DNA from: Batkoa obscura
Lineage: Eukaryota
Direction: 5' to 3'
DNA: 64,000 nt
Assembly: GCA_030770535.1 (NCBI GenBank)
Contig: JASVEC010000012.1
Location: 868,001-932,000, forward strand
The notes below the pieces were generated by a model. That model worked only from the letters and a program-made list of their open reading frames with translations, was not told the origin of the DNA and ran no database searches. A program made the position numbers and the translations under genes. Below, piece by piece: positions 62,401-64,000 of the stretch (positions are counted from its first letter, which is position 1; the number at the start of each line of letters is the position of its first letter).

Positions 62401-64000
62401 TGGTAAAACACTACCATCTTTTCAACCTTATGAAACTTCCGCTAGAGCTGGTGGTTTCATTGCTGGTCGATTCTTAACTGGTATTAAACCACAAGAGTAT
62501 TTCTTCCATTGTATGGCTGGTCGTGAAGGTTTAATTGATACAGCTGTTAAAACTTCACGTTCTGGTTATCTTCAACGATGTCTTATTAAACATCTTGAAG
62601 GTCTCCGTGTCCATTACGATTATACTGTTAGAGATTTCGATGGCTCCCTTCTTCAATTTTACTATGGTGAAGATGGTTTAGATGTCACTAAACAAAAATA
62701 TATTAATAAGTTTGAATTTTCTGCTAGGAATTATTCTGCTATTAAAAACAGATATCCAATTAATCAAACTGCCTTTAATCATATCGATGGGAGTGATGCC
62801 ATTAATTATAGTAAAAAGGTGGCTAAAAAACCTTATAAATATGATCCTACCATGGCTTTATATTCTCCTTCTAAATATCTTGGTTCCGTTTCAGAGAAAT
62901 TCTATGGTGCCTTAAACAAATTTACATCTGATCCATCAAATGAACACTTATGGAAAGAAAGTGCTGGTGATTCTAATGCTGTTACAAAACGTAAATTTAA
63001 GACCTTAATGAATCTTAAATTTATGAGATCACTTGCTGATCCTGGAGAGGCAGTTGGTCTTTTAGCTGCCCAATCCGTTGGTGAACCATCTACTCAAATG
63101 ACATTGAACACTTTCCATTTTGCTGGTTTTGGTGCAAAAAACGTTACTCTTGGTATTCCTCGTCTCAGAGAAATCGTTATGGTTGCTTCTAAAGAAATCA
63201 AAACCCCTTCAATGACTTTATCTATTAAACCTGAAGTCACAGATCAAGAAAAAGAAGATTTCTGTAAACAAATCACTAAATTACGTTTAAGTGAATTGAC
63301 AGATGAAATTGAAGTTGTTGAAAGTTTAGCTACTGTAGAAAATACTCTTACCAAACAATATGTCATTAAACTTAAACTTTTCTCTCCAGAAGAATATACT
63401 CCAGAGTTTAGTGTTACTCCTCGATTAGTGGAACGCAGTATGATATTTTTCGCTAAGCGTCTTGAACACTTGCTTGTTTTAGAACTTCGTCGTAAGGGCA
63501 TCAGAATATCAATGCTTAATGCAGGTGAAAAGAAGGGTGATGATGATGAAGACGACGGTGAGGGTATCGATGATAAGCCAAGTACAAAGAAGAAAGCTGA
63601 TACAGGAGATTTATCCGATGGAGATGATGCTGAGGAATCTGATGGAGATGATGATGCTAAGAAGAATGAAAAGAGCAAACAAAAGGGAGTTTATGAAAAT
63701 GAAGATGAAAATGAAAAAGACGATGAACTTGAAGCTATTGATAAAGAATTTGCCGATGAAGATGAAGAATTAGATGAAAAGGAGGTTGAAGAAAAAATTA
63801 AAAAGTCAATCAATGATACTATCTCAGTCCATGATAATATTATCAAAAAAGCCAAATTTATTACTGACTTCAAATTCGACAATCAAGGAGGCAATTATGC
63901 TGAGTTCTGTCTTAACTTCCCAGTTAAAACAAAGAAAATTCTTATGGTTGGTATTGCTGAAAAAGCTTGCAAACAAGCCATTGTTCGTCAAGTTAAAAAT
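59403..64000 (+). CDS. RPA190: RNA polymerase I largest subunit, 3'-truncated by the window (introns 59588..59639 and 59800..59848)
   Basis: [80 protein letters not shown]; Pol I-type N-terminus and acidic insertion. Confidence 0.95.

Noticed and set aside
1884..63882. ORF-track entries overlapping real genes (1884, 19164, 23023, 26574, 27648, 27983, 36400, 42952, 45407, 53068, 53490, 58550, 59845, 61292, 62682, 63244, 63519, 63691)
   Set aside because: Antisense or alternative-frame shadows of supported genes or pseudogenes.

Overview
Very AT-rich eukaryotic DNA with short (about 47-56 bp) GT-AG introns. The gene content suggests a fungus, probably an early-diverging lineage (inference). 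1-13.3 kb is a tandem array of intronless, secreted 10-cysteine defensin-like genes: 5 intact copies and 3 pseudogenes, all on the minus strand, with sharp gene-conversion tracts. 15-17 kb holds a decayed DD34E Tc1/IS630-type transposase preceded by repeated HTH-like units. 18-24 kb has a His1 LPMO-like secreted protein and a compact block (twin-Cx9C protein, Bem46/ABHD13, DnaJ, Ecm33-like). 24-55 kb has five signal-peptide-bearing Shewanella-like PPP phosphatases, one intact and two pseudogenised S41 peptidases, a Tim17-family gene, a 7TM-RGS protein and a DHA2 MFS transporter. The right end has mitochondrial uS5m, a WD40 protein and RPA190, which runs off the window. A ~97-bp MITE with G-rich termini and 4-bp ANNT target duplications occurs about 18-20 times, and smaller TA- and TTAA-flanked MITEs are also present. 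No rRNA, tRNA or CRISPR array was recognised. All calls are by eye, without database searches.
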